NCBI GenBank assembly: GCA_009784425.1
Contig: WRBR01000001.1
Location: forward strand, 1 to 63,754
Source: Coriobacteriia bacterium
Lineage (GTDB): Bacteria > Actinomycetota > Coriobacteriia > Coriobacteriales > UBA8131
DNA length: 63,754 nt
Direction of reading: 5' to 3'
Position 1 is the first letter of the stretch. Every line of letters starts with the position of its first letter. The notes beneath the pieces were generated by a model. It ran no database searches. It was not told the DNA's origin and worked only from the letters and a program-made list of their open reading frames with translations. This document shows, in pieces, positions 52,151 to 62,900 of the stretch. Made by a program: the position numbers and the translations under genes.

Positions 52151-54070
52151 TCACTGCTCAAACGGCAGGATAACTTCGCTGGTAAAGATCTTTTCTTGGG
52201 TGTTGGGGGTAAAGCTCGCACTGCCGCCTAGTTGGGTAACAACGCTTTGTATTGAGGCCAGCCCCAGGCCTTCGCGGTTGTGTTGTTTGCGGGAGAGAAA
52301 CATGCTGCCCCGCTTGCGAACGGAGCCGTCAAAGCTGTTGTCTACCAGCATAATGAGACTGCTTTTGACCTGCTTAATCGTCACGCGAATGCTTTTGTCC
52401 CCAGCTACGTACGCATTTGCTTCCACGGCGTTTTCTAACAGGTTGCTTAAAATAGTGCAGAGGTCGGCGTTATCGAGCGGAAGGCTCGCAGGCAGTGCTG
52501 CATCCACCTCATAGCGAATTCCTTCCTGCTCGGCCAGGGTGGCAAACTGACGCAGGATAACATCTGCTATGTCATTCTCGCAAAAGGTCAGCGGTGTGAG
52601 CCGCGAGAGCTCGGCCGCATAATCCTGCACATAGGCTGCAAGCTCGTTCTGTTTGCCCGCCGCAAGCAGGCCTTGGATTACACCGATGTGGTGGCGCAGG
52701 TCATGCCGCGCGTGGCGGGCCTGCTCTACGCTTTCCATAAGCACCGGATAATAGGCTCGTTGCATTTCAAGCAGGTTTTCAATGCCTGCCACCTTGCCCT
52801 CCAGCACCAGCTTGTTTTGGTAGTGGCGCAGCGCCTCCTGCCCCACCACAACACCCAATACAACCACCAGGGCAAAACCGCTGATTTCGGCAAACCAGCC
52901 AAAGCGAATAGGCTCAAACAAAGGAAGCAGCCTGTCCAAAACCAGGCCAACGTCAAAAACCACCACGCCGGCGAGCATGGTGAGCCCATATCTGGTGTTT
53001 CTCCCGGCTGAGCGAATCAGGCTCACCGTGAGAAAAAAAGCCGCCGCCCATTTATAGAGGCCAATCAACAGAGAGTAGGCAGTCATCAGAGAAAGATTGC
53101 CTGCAGGTAGGGCAAAGCGCAGAAGCGAGCAGGCGCATACCACCAGAGCAAATCCTATAAACACCAAAGAGAGCCTGCTCTTGTCTCCAGAGATAACGCG
53201 CTGCAAGAGCATCACCAAAAGCAGTAGGGCGCAGAAGCAGAGATTCTCAAACCCATACCACCACATGCCAACGCTGAGCATGGATTTAACGAGCGGATAG
53301 CAGACAAAACCCACAAAGCAGAGGCAGAGGGCGCCAAACAGCAGCAGAGTGCGGTCGTTTCTCATCAAGAAGCCAAGAGTCAAGAAAAAAACCGCCAGCG
53401 CCAGCGCCAACGCTGAGACGGCCGTGCGCACGGCAAGGCGGGTATCCAACATCGTGGACACAGCATGAGACAGCCCAAAGGCAGGCGGGTAGACCATGCC
53501 ACTGTAGGTATGCGAAAAGTCAGAGACCGCCACGATAATCTCCACGCTGTTTTGCGCGAGGAACGATACCGAGGTCATGCCCGTCTCAGGGCGATAGTGC
53601 GCCGGGTTGGGCTCGCCAAACTGCTGAGCCTTGACCCCGTTTATGTAGAGCGTGTACGCCGAGTAAATCTCGGGAAGCTCAAGCGTATAGGCGGCAGGCT
53701 CAGAGGGAATGTCAATAGAAAGACGATAGGTGGCGCTGCCATGAGGGCTGCGCTTTGGGTTGCTTCCCTCAAAGCCGCCGTACTGTCCAATGAACACAAA
53801 TTCATCGGGGCTCACACCACCGGCGCTTAGAGAAAAATCCTCAGGCGCAAGCAGTCTGTCTCGATGTATCTCCCACCCATGAACCAAAAACACCACAGGA
53901 TACTTCTCAAGCTGAGCCTCACTCAGCACCAGTACGCCCCGCTCTGGCTGGGGTCCACCTGCCGTGTATTTATTGTCTAAGTTATAGCAAGCCCAAAAAA
54001 GCGCAAGAGAGAAGATAACCGCGCCAGCCATAAACAGCAAAAACCCGCTTTTACCTGCGGTGCGCCTCAT
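52151..54070 (-). CDS. 7TM-receptor-type sensor histidine kinase (extracellular 7TMR-DISMED2-like domain, 7 TM, GHKL ATPase of the LytS/AgrC class)
   Basis: Start at ATG 54070 shares one nucleotide with the upstream stop (TGATG). H-box HARHDLRHH and C-terminal N/G boxes (LSNLLENAVEA, GLGLASI). Confidence 0.82.
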   Translation of the reverse strand: MRRTAGKSGFLLFMAGAVIFSLALFWACYNLDNKYTAGGPQPERGVLVLSEAQLEKYPVVFLVHGWEIHRDRLLAPEDFSLSAGGVSPDEFVFIGQYGGFEGSNPKRSPHGSATYRLSIDIPSEPAAYTLELPEIYSAYTLYINGVKAQQFGEPNPAHYRPETGMTSVSFLAQNSVEIIVAVSDFSHTYSGMVYPPAFGLSHAVSTMLDTRLAVRTAVSALALALAVFFLTLGFLMRNDRTLLLFGALCLCFVGFVCYPLVKSMLSVGMWWYGFENLCFCALLLLVMLLQRVISGDKSRLSLVFIGFALVVCACSLLRFALPAGNLSLMTAYSLLIGLYKWAAAFFLTVSLIRSAGRNTRYGLTMLAGVVVFDVGLVLDRLLPLFEPIRFGWFAEISGFALVVVLGVVVGQEALRHYQNKLVLEGKVAGIENLLEMQRAYYPVLMESVEQARHARHDLRHHIGVIQGLLAAGKQNELAAYVQDYAAELSRLTPLTFCENDIADVILRQFATLAEQEGIRYEVDAALPASLPLDNADLCTILSNLLENAVEANAYVAGDKSIRVTIKQVKSSLIMLVDNSFDGSVRKRGSMFLSRKQHNREGLGLASIQSVVTQLGGSASFTPNTQEKIFTSEVILPFEQ

Positions 54071-55704
54071 CAAACCGGTAAGGCTTTCTTTCTGCGAGAC
54101 GTGAAGACAAACCATGCTATGCCGCTGATGCCTGCAAGGATTGCAAGAGCGAATACTGCAGGCAGGATGATTGAGCCAAGGAGTGAGGGTTCTGGCTCTA
54201 ACAGCACAGACGCTACAGCCAAGGGGGCAGCTTCGTCAGGTAGGGTAGTAGCGGACTCTGAGAGTGCCCCGGCAGAACCCTCTGGGTTGGATGACTCCAA
54301 AATGAGCCCTCCAGGCTGAGTGCTTGGAGTGTTTGAGCTGCCTCCGCTCCCACCGGTCAAGCCGCCGCTAGCGTAGCTGCTGCCTCCGCCGCCTCCACTC
54401 AGGTGGTTGCCTGGGCTTACTCCGGCCCCCGGCACCGTAGCCGTGCCGCCACCGCCACCGGGGGTTTCGCCGCCATCAGGGCCGCTTCCGCCGCCACCGG
54501 GAGTTTCACCGCCACCGCCAGGGCCACCCCCGCCAGGGTTTGGTGTTTGGCCTCCGCCATCAGGGCCGCTTCCACCGCCACCCGGAGTTTCACCGCCACT
54601 GCCAGGACCACCCCCGCCGGGGTTTGGTATACGATCGCCCCCGTCGCGGTCGCCGCCCACGGGCAGGGTGCGCGTGACCAAAAGCCCCTCGTCAAACTTC
54701 AGATGGAGATAGTCCGAGACCCCGTCTGCGTAACGTATCTGTATCCAGAACTCGCCTTCGATTGAGTTGTGGCCACCCAGGGGCAGCGAGCGGAATTCAA
54801 GATCCAGGTAGGTGGGGGTCACCAGAGCATCAAGCCTTACGTCATCAAGGTCGATTGACCCTAAGACGTGCTGCCATACCGGCTCCGGCTCAATGCTGAA
54901 GGGATCATCTTGAGTTATCCAGACCTCGGGATCTGCGGCCTCAAAAAGCCACCTTCCCCACAGGTTATAGGGTGTGTTCAAGGCAGGGAGCATGCCGGCA
55001 AAATCAACCTTGTTGGGATCAACCACAATCACCGCCATGCTGCGCCCAAGCAAAAACAGCGGATCAACTTGAATACCCTCGGCCAAAGCGGGCTGGTACG
55101 GATAGTAGGCGCCGGAAGCCGTGGTATCAACAAGATCTTGGTCAATGGTAAAACCGGTGGTGAACAGCAGGCGATCTGAGGTGCTAAACAGCATGGTGCT
55201 GCCACACTCAGCGTCAAAGAGCGCTGCGAGCGCTTCGCTGTTGGTGCCTAGAGAGACGAGGGGAAACTGATATCCAACCAGGGGCGACTGATCTATAATC
55301 ACCGTTTCTCGCTCAGTCATGTCCGGGGCAAATACCCACACCGGTTGCTGGATGAGCAGAGGCACCACAACACCGTCCTCAAAATAGGCATAACCAGGAG
55401 GCAAAATCACCGTTCCGGTTAAAAGCTGCCGCCCCGTTTGTGAGGCATCAAAAGCAGCCAGATCCCAACTGGCAGAAAGCCCTTGCAGATAATTAAATCG
55501 ACCATAGGGAGCGTGCTGCACAACAATGTCAGAAGGCAGGCTCAAAGCAGAGGCATCACCGTGCTGCGGCAAAAAAAGCAGCTGGGGTAATGCGTAGAAG
55601 GCATAGTCGCTTACCGGCGTGGGCGGAGCTTCGTCTGCAAAGGCAACAGGGCTCAGAGAAAACACCAGAACCAGGCCAAGCAGGGCACCAAGAAAACGCT
55701 TCAT
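54070..55704 (-). CDS. secreted, C-terminally membrane-anchored protein with a Gly/Pro-rich tandem-repeat stalk
   Basis: Signal peptide MKRFLGALLGLVLVFSLSPVAFA, a roughly 380-aa globular region, GGGGPGSGGETPGGGGSGPDGGGQTPNP repeats, and a C-terminal TM + RRKK. Its ATG overlaps the LytTR stop (ATGA). Confidence 0.75.
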   Translation of the reverse strand: MKRFLGALLGLVLVFSLSPVAFADEAPPTPVSDYAFYALPQLLFLPQHGDASALSLPSDIVVQHAPYGRFNYLQGLSASWDLAAFDASQTGRQLLTGTVILPPGYAYFEDGVVVPLLIQQPVWVFAPDMTERETVIIDQSPLVGYQFPLVSLGTNSEALAALFDAECGSTMLFSTSDRLLFTTGFTIDQDLVDTTASGAYYPYQPALAEGIQVDPLFLLGRSMAVIVVDPNKVDFAGMLPALNTPYNLWGRWLFEAADPEVWITQDDPFSIEPEPVWQHVLGSIDLDDVRLDALVTPTYLDLEFRSLPLGGHNSIEGEFWIQIRYADGVSDYLHLKFDEGLLVTRTLPVGGDRDGGDRIPNPGGGGPGSGGETPGGGGSGPDGGGQTPNPGGGGPGGGGETPGGGGSGPDGGETPGGGGGTATVPGAGVSPGNHLSGGGGGSSYASGGLTGGSGGSSNTPSTQPGGLILESSNPEGSAGALSESATTLPDEAAPLAVASVLLEPEPSLLGSIILPAVFALAILAGISGIAWFVFTSRRKKALPV

Positions 55705-56441
55705 AGTTCCTCCATCCTCATAGTTGCCCCTCCACGTGCCAGGCGCGTCAGATAATTCTGATAGGCCTTTCTGGTCTTCCACTGGGTGAGATGGCCTATG
55801 TAGACCTTTTCTCCATCCTGCATGATAAAATCCCGCCCGTCATCGCCCTTGATGTAGTCCATGTTGACGATGTAACTGCGGTGGCAGCGCAAAAAGGACG
55901 GCAGGGTGAGCTGTTGTTCCATGTCGTCAAGCGAAAGATAGGTCTCAACGGTCTCATCTGCCAGATGAATCTTGCACTTTTTGTTGAATACTTCCACGTA
56001 CCGAATTTCGCTTTGCCTGATGCCGCGCTTTCTGCGCTCTGTGGTTACGCAGAGCTCGTCGCTTTTCATCTCAAAATGCCGTGCCGCCCTGCCCAGGAGT
56101 GCGAGCACCTCTTCTTCGTCCAAGGGCTTGGTGAGATACTGTTGGGCATGAACCTTGTAACCAAAGGCGGCAAAATCGGGGCTGGAAGTGGTAAAGGCAA
56201 TCCAAACATCTTCGTCGAGCTCGCGAATCTTTAGCGCCGTGTTTATGCCATCAGCAGAGCCCTCAAAGTATATGTCGAGAAAAATCAGCTGAAACATGTG
56301 CGCGCGAAACGAAGAAAGAAACTGCTCTGTGTTCTCATACACGTGCGTGTTGGCCGAGATACCGCTCGCAGCAACTATACGCCGCAGGGTGTGTGCATCG
56401 CCTGCATCGTCCTCGCAGAGTGCTATGTTGATGGTGAGCAT
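55701..56441 (-). CDS. LytTR-family response regulator
   Basis: REC domain (ALCEDD, FLDIYF) plus LytTR output (IRYVEVFNKKCKIHL...FLRCHRSYIVN). Confidence 0.9.
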   Translation of the reverse strand: MLTINIALCEDDAGDAHTLRRIVAASGISANTHVYENTEQFLSSFRAHMFQLIFLDIYFEGSADGINTALKIRELDEDVWIAFTTSSPDFAAFGYKVHAQQYLTKPLDEEEVLALLGRAARHFEMKSDELCVTTERRKRGIRQSEIRYVEVFNKKCKIHLADETVETYLSLDDMEQQLTLPSFLRCHRSYIVNMDYIKGDDGRDFIMQDGEKVYIGHLTQWKTRKAYQNYLTRLARGGATMRMEEL

Positions 56442-56751
56442 GCTGCACGTACCCCTATCGTTGCGCCAGCCTTACCGATTGCTTCATGCCGTTGTTTCCA
56501 TACATTCTATCACGCTGCTGAGCATTTCCTACTCATGAGATTTTCGTTTTGTCAAGTAATTTTTACGCCCATTAAATGCTCGATTTTCCGGGCCCCAAAG
56601 GCACTTGTTCACTCCGGTGAGGTCTATAGAATTATTAGTGGTATTCTGCGCCATTTTTACACAGAAAAAGCAGTCAAATGTTGCAGGGTAACACAAGGGG
56701 ACGGGACACAAAGAGCACTGAGGGAACGAGGGTAAAAGAGTGACGAATGCT

Positions 56752-56869
56752 ACGTCAGACTGTGTGAAAAGGCCCACTTTCGTCATTCCGGGCTTGACCC
56801 GGAATCTTCTAACATGCGGATTAAGATTCCGGGTCAAGCCCGGAATGACGTTTTCACACAGTCTGACGT
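56752..56869. repeat. second copy of the 118-bp nested-hairpin element
   Basis: Same termini (ACGTCAGACTGTGTGAAAA / TTTTCACACAGTCTGACGT) and the same two ATTCCGGG-CTTGA-CCCGGAAT hairpins as 40193-40310. A half copy lies at 34489-34519. Confidence 0.9.
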
Positions 56870-56915
56870 ACCCCTGTTCCGCTTCTGGCCATAGCGAAGA
56901 TGAAGGAGAGCCGGC

Positions 56916-59900
56916 ATGATACCTAAAGCTCAAATAATACGTTTAAAAGAGGGTCTAGTGAAAGCATTGCTGCTTCTGCTCTGCTTTGTGCTGGTGGCAG
57001 GAATTACCCCATTGGTTTCTGGCATAACCTTGGTTACCGCTCTTGAGAGCGAAAGCGATGAGGGGGACGGCTCCCCTGAATCCTCGGAAGGCGAGGGGCA
57101 AGAGAATCCTCCCCCAGTCCCCGCTCCTGGTGAACCGAGCACCCCAACAGCACCGCCCGCCAATGCCATCCCGGCAAATCCTTCTGGCCCAAGCCAGACT
57201 CCCGGTGCTGCGGGAGGCACCCTGCCGCAGCAGGGTTACGTCACGTATATAGCAGCTTTTGACGAGCTGGATGAGTCTACGCTCTGGCAGGGTTATGACC
57301 TGGGCGAGATAAGCTCACAGGAAGACCTTGAGCTGCCAAACACCTTGACCGGTAGAGACACATGCGGCAACCCTGTTACGATAGTAGGCGTTACCTGGAA
57401 GATAGCAGACGACGCGCTCGGCTTTCCGGGCACGCCCTTTGACCCGGCAGTCTCGGCAAACTACGAATTCTCGCCAAAACTCCCGGAGGGCTTTGAGCTG
57501 GCAGCCGGCGCAGAAACACCGACTATCTCGGTGTTCATCCGGCCAGACGGCAGCAGGGGCATCACGCCCCTGGCAGCCCATGTTTGGAATGGTGAGGGCA
57601 GCCTGCTTGCCGTGGCAGACGGCGACACCGTAACCATAGCGAGCGGTGCAATCGGCACGCTGACGATACCCGCAGGCGCAACCGTTGCCATCGATGGCAC
57701 GGCGTCGGTGATAAACGACCTCGAACTGAACATCAATGCCGGCGCAACCGTCAAGTGGCAGGCATCACTCACGATGACCGGCCCCTCAACGCTTTTCCTC
57801 TCTGGTACGGGGACCTTTGAGATGACGGGTGGCCTGGTAAGCTCTGCCGGCAGCTACGCTCTGTGGATTAATACCGCTCCCACCAAAGTACTGATAAACG
57901 GCGGCGCGGTTACCTCGACGAGCGGCTATGGGGCTATTCTATTGTCGAGTGGGGAAAGCCAGGAAATAGCGGTAAGCGCTGGAACGGTGAGCACCACCTC
58001 GGGCATTGCCATCGAGGCCACTTATAGCACGCCCCTTGCTTTGATGATAAGCGGCGGCCTGGTGAGCTCCCAAACTCATAGCGCGATATATGCGGGCAAT
58101 GCAGGCAGCACCGTAACGGTGAGCGGCGGTACGGTAACCACCTTGGACAGCGTCAACCCTGTTATCTACATGGTAGGAGCGCCAGCCGATGCAGGCTTTG
58201 TCAACGTGGTGGTAAATGGGACGGGTTATGTGTTCACAGATGCTGACAACTCAGCAATCTTTACCTCCGGCAGCGTTTCTGTTGCCGGCAGCGCCGAGGT
58301 GCGCGCCAACTCGAGCGTTACCATTAACGCCAGAGGCGCGGGCAGCAGCGTGGCGGTGAGTGGCGGCACGGTGAGCACCATCTCGGGCCGCGCCATTAGC
58401 ACCTTTGATGCCAGCAGCAGCGTAGCAGTAAGCGGTGGCACGGTAGAAGCCATGGGAGCAGGAGGATTTGCCATTTTTTGCTCCGGTGTAGCCGTAACGG
58501 TGAGTGGCACCGGAGTGGTAAGCGCTGCTCAGGCAAGCAGCACGGCAATACGTGCCAATAACCCATGCCTGGTCACGATCTGCGATGCAGGAGAGGTGCG
58601 GGCTACGGGAGCAGACAGTATCGGCATACAAAGCGACTACTCCATTGTGGTCAAGGACAGCGCCACGGTGAGCGCCACCACCGGAAGGGCCATTTACACC
58701 TCTGTGAATAACAGTAGTACGGTAAGCATAAGCGGCGGCACCGTAAGCGCCACCACCGGTGATGCTATCTATGCCCTTCAGGCGGGCTGTGCACTTACCG
58801 TGAGCGGTGGCACCGTGGAGGCTACGGGTAGCGGTAACGCCGTGCACCTCAACGGCAGCAACGATACGGTTTTGATATCCGGCGGCAGGGTGTGCGCCCG
58901 GGAGGGTTATGCGCTGCTCACCCATACTACTGCGTACAGCAATCTCACGATAAACGGTGGCCTGCTGTTTGCCTATGGCACAAGGATCGCGGGCTTCAGC
59001 GACACTGTCCTCTGGACCGCGCAGCTGGGCGGCACGTTTCCAGACGCAGCAGGAGCTGGCCTCATCGTTGCTTGGGACCAGGGGGTAGGCACCACCACCT
59101 ACAACGGGGGAGCCAGCACCGATCTGGTCGTCAACCCGGCCACCGGTGCCACGGCGGTCTGGGCATTCAGCGGAGGTGCACACGGCATCTCCTACGCAAA
59201 CGGTGCAAACACCGGGTTCTTGCCTGTTGGTGGGGTTACGGTCTTGACTTCGGGCGATCTGGATCTGAGTGTTGACAACTCCAGCTCGTCAGGAATTAAC
59301 TGGCACTGCGACGCTACGGGCGCCAACTACACCATTACCGGCGACGTTACCATCATAGGCACAAAGACCGGTGCTGCCAGCGGCATCACTCTCGACATAC
59401 CTGCGGGAGCAACGGCAACGTGGAGCGCAACGCTTGAGATAAGCGGCAGCGCTGACGCGGTGACCCTGCCCGGCAACGGAACCCTGGCAGTGCAAAGCGG
59501 AGAGATCGCAGCCGACTCCGGCCATGCCGTCTTTGCCACCGGTACGAGCAGCACCGTGGTGGTGAACGGTGGTGCGGTGAGCAGCAGCACAGTCAGTGCC
59601 ATCAGGTGTACCGGAGCAGGAAACACGATAATGGTGAGTGGTGGCCTGGTAACCAGCGCGGGTACAACAAGTGCTAATGCCGCTATCTTGATGACCGATA
59701 CATCAACGGGAACCAGCGCAACCGTGAGCAACAACGGCTCAGTAGAAGGAGCGGGAGGCGCGATAAGAACAAATGGTGGTCAGGTGGCTGTGAGTGGTAA
59801 CGGCTCAGTTAAAGCAACGGGAATCGCAATCTACACTGCCTCTGGCCAGGTAACGGTAAGCGGCAACGGCTCAGTAGCCGCATCGGGAGCGGGAGAGACG

Positions 59901-62900
59901 ATACGGACTACCTCTGGCTCGATAACCGTAAGTGGTAGCGCCGGAGTTGTATCAACGGGAACGGGAATCACGATAAGAACAGATGATGGCCAGGTGACCG
60001 TGAGCGAGAGCGGTTCAGTACAATCTGAGCGAAGGGCTATTAACTTTAACGGCGCCGGCAATGTGTTGATAGAGGGAGACGCCAGGGTAAGTACCAGCAG
60101 TAGCGCGGAAAGGGCAATAGACCTCTACGGCGGCTCCGCTACCATCCTTGGCGGAACAGTGAGTGCCGCTGGAGGAGGAGTCATCGGCGCCGACAACGTC
60201 TCAGGTGCCGCAAACAGCACGGTTACAGTAAGCGGAGGCACCGTGCGTAACAACGCTGTTAATAACGCTGCTATAAACATGCCATTACCACCAGCTGGTT
60301 CCGGCACGGTCAACGTCACCATAAGCGGTACAGGCAGAGTAGAGAACACCGGAAGCGGCAGGTGCATCACCTCCTCGGGTAGCGTGCTGGTGGAGGATAG
60401 TGCCGTGGTGATGAACTCCAGCACCACGAATGCTGCCATTTTCTCAGGAAGCGGCACCAGCACTACCGTGCGTGGTGGCCTGGTGTTTTCCTATGGTACC
60501 GGCATCAACGGCACAGCAAATGTAATCTCAGTTGGCTTCATGGACGCGGGCACACCAACGGTCATCGCCCCCGGCGTGGTCATAGCATGGAATCAGACGG
60601 CGGGAGCGGCACTAACTCCTGCCCACACCTATGAGCTGCGCACCGAGAACCATATCCTCACCGCGCCCGCAAGCGTGGATGCTCAATGGGGCAACCATGT
60701 TACGAGCGGCGGCGGCATCTCCTATGCCAACGGCACCAACACCGGCTTTATTCCCCTGCCGGTTGTGGTGACCAAGGCAAGCGGCCTTATGGCTACCGAC
60801 CCTGCCCCAATCTCGATTGCGAACAGCGTTACCACCGCGCAGACCTTTGACCTTAACAGCATCGTACTCAGCGCAACGGATCATGGGGTTAGAAGCTATA
60901 CGCTTGGCGCTTTCACTGATGTGGCGGGTGCAGGCGTATTGGCTTCTGCTCCTACGTTGAGCGGCACTAACAATGCCACGTTGACGTATCAGGGCGCAGG
61001 GGCTGTGACCGGTACGGCAACGCAGGTCATCAATATCATTACGGAGGAGTATCAGGATATAACTGCAACCATCACCTTTGAAGCTATTGACACCATCCCC
61101 CTTTCTATAACGGGAATCACGGCAAATAATAAGACCTATGACGGCACAGCTACCGGGTCATATTCCGGCACGGCTGCTCTTGTTACAACCAACGTGCTGG
61201 CGGGCGATACGGTGAGCCTTTCGGGTACGCCGGTTGTCACCTTTGCCAGCGCGGGTGTGGGCACTGCCAAGACGGTGACGATCACCGGGCTTTCACTTTC
61301 CGGTGCGGATGCCTATAAGTACGTACTTGATTTGGCGGGCTACACCGCCGATATCAGCACACGCGCGCTCACGATAACCGGTGTGAGCGCTGTGGGCAGG
61401 GCGTATGATCCCGGCAACACCTCGGTGAGCCTTACGGGCGGCACGCTGCAAAACGTGGTTGCAGGCGATGCCGTGACTCCGGTTGTCCCGGCTACCGGCA
61501 CCATTGCTACAGCTGACGTGGGTGTCAACAAGGCCGTTACTCTTGCTGCGATAACGCTTACCGGCGCTGATGCGGCAAACTATACCCTCACGCAGCCTGC
61601 GGGCATAACGGTGAACATCACCCAGGCAATACCCGCCGCCCTTACGTGGCCGAGTGCCGGAGCTATTACCTACGGCGAGGCGCTTTCCGCGTCCAGCCTG
61701 ACAGGCGGCTCCACAACCGGCTCATGGGCGTGGGCGGCGCCTGCCACGATTCCCATTGTTGCCAACAGCGGCTACAGCATAATCTTTACTCCCACGGATA
61801 CGATTAACTACGACTGGTCGGGCGTCCAGCTCACTCGGGAGGTGAGCATCTCGGTTACCAGGGCAACGCTCACCGGAGTGCCTCAGATCTATCAGGTGGC
61901 AGAGAGCCACGCTTTTGACTACAGCTTTGACTTAACAACGCTTCTGCCCTCTGGCATGAACACGGCAGGGGTGAGCTACGCGCCGTTGATTAGCTCAAAT
62001 GCAGCTGGTTTGCTGGGCGCGCTGACGTACATCTCAGGCAGCACCTTGACTTTGCCGGTTCAGTCTGTGGCCGGCGTGGGCACTACGGCAACGATAACCG
62101 TTGCGGTTCCCAGCGCCAACTACCATGACTTTTATGTAGACATCACGGTTACGACCATAGCCAAGACCCCGGTGACCATCACGGCTCAGATGAACAGCGG
62201 CACGTACCACGGCGGCTCCCACTCCTATAGCAACGCTGTTGTGACAGAGAACATGAGCGGTAACCCCGTAAGCGGCGTCATCCTTGTGGCGCTCTATGAG
62301 TCCACAGACGGCGCGGGCTACAGCAGCCCTGCTGCCCCTGTGAGCGCAGGTGCCTATCAACTGACGCTCTCCGTGCCGGCTACTCACCCGACCCACTCGG
62401 GTAGCAACGTATTTGCCTTCACCATTGAAAGGGCAACCGTGACCATCATTGCTGATAACATAACCGCAGTTGCCGGAAGCAGCCAGCCCTTGTATACCTA
62501 CCAGATAAGCGGGCTGGCAACCGGCGAAGTGCTGTCAGTTCTGCCTGTGGTGAGCTCTCCTACCGCCAACATGATTGTGGTAGGCACCTATCCCATAGTG
62601 GCAGCTGGCGCAGTGGTCCCAAGCACGGGCAACTATAACGCTGGCATCATCTATGTCAACGGCACGCTCACCGTGAATGCAGCACCCGTTACCCCACCGC
62701 CTGTTGACCCTGTGCCTCCAACACCCCCGACACCCCCTGCTGACCCTGTGCCCCCGACACCCCCTGCAGATTCTGCAGCCCCAACACCAAACACCTCCCT
62801 CGGTCTCACGAGCTCCACGGCAGGCAGCACACCCACAGAAGGCAGCAGCTCAGAGGCCGCAACAAGCTCTGCCACCTCATCAAGCAACAACACGAGTGTC

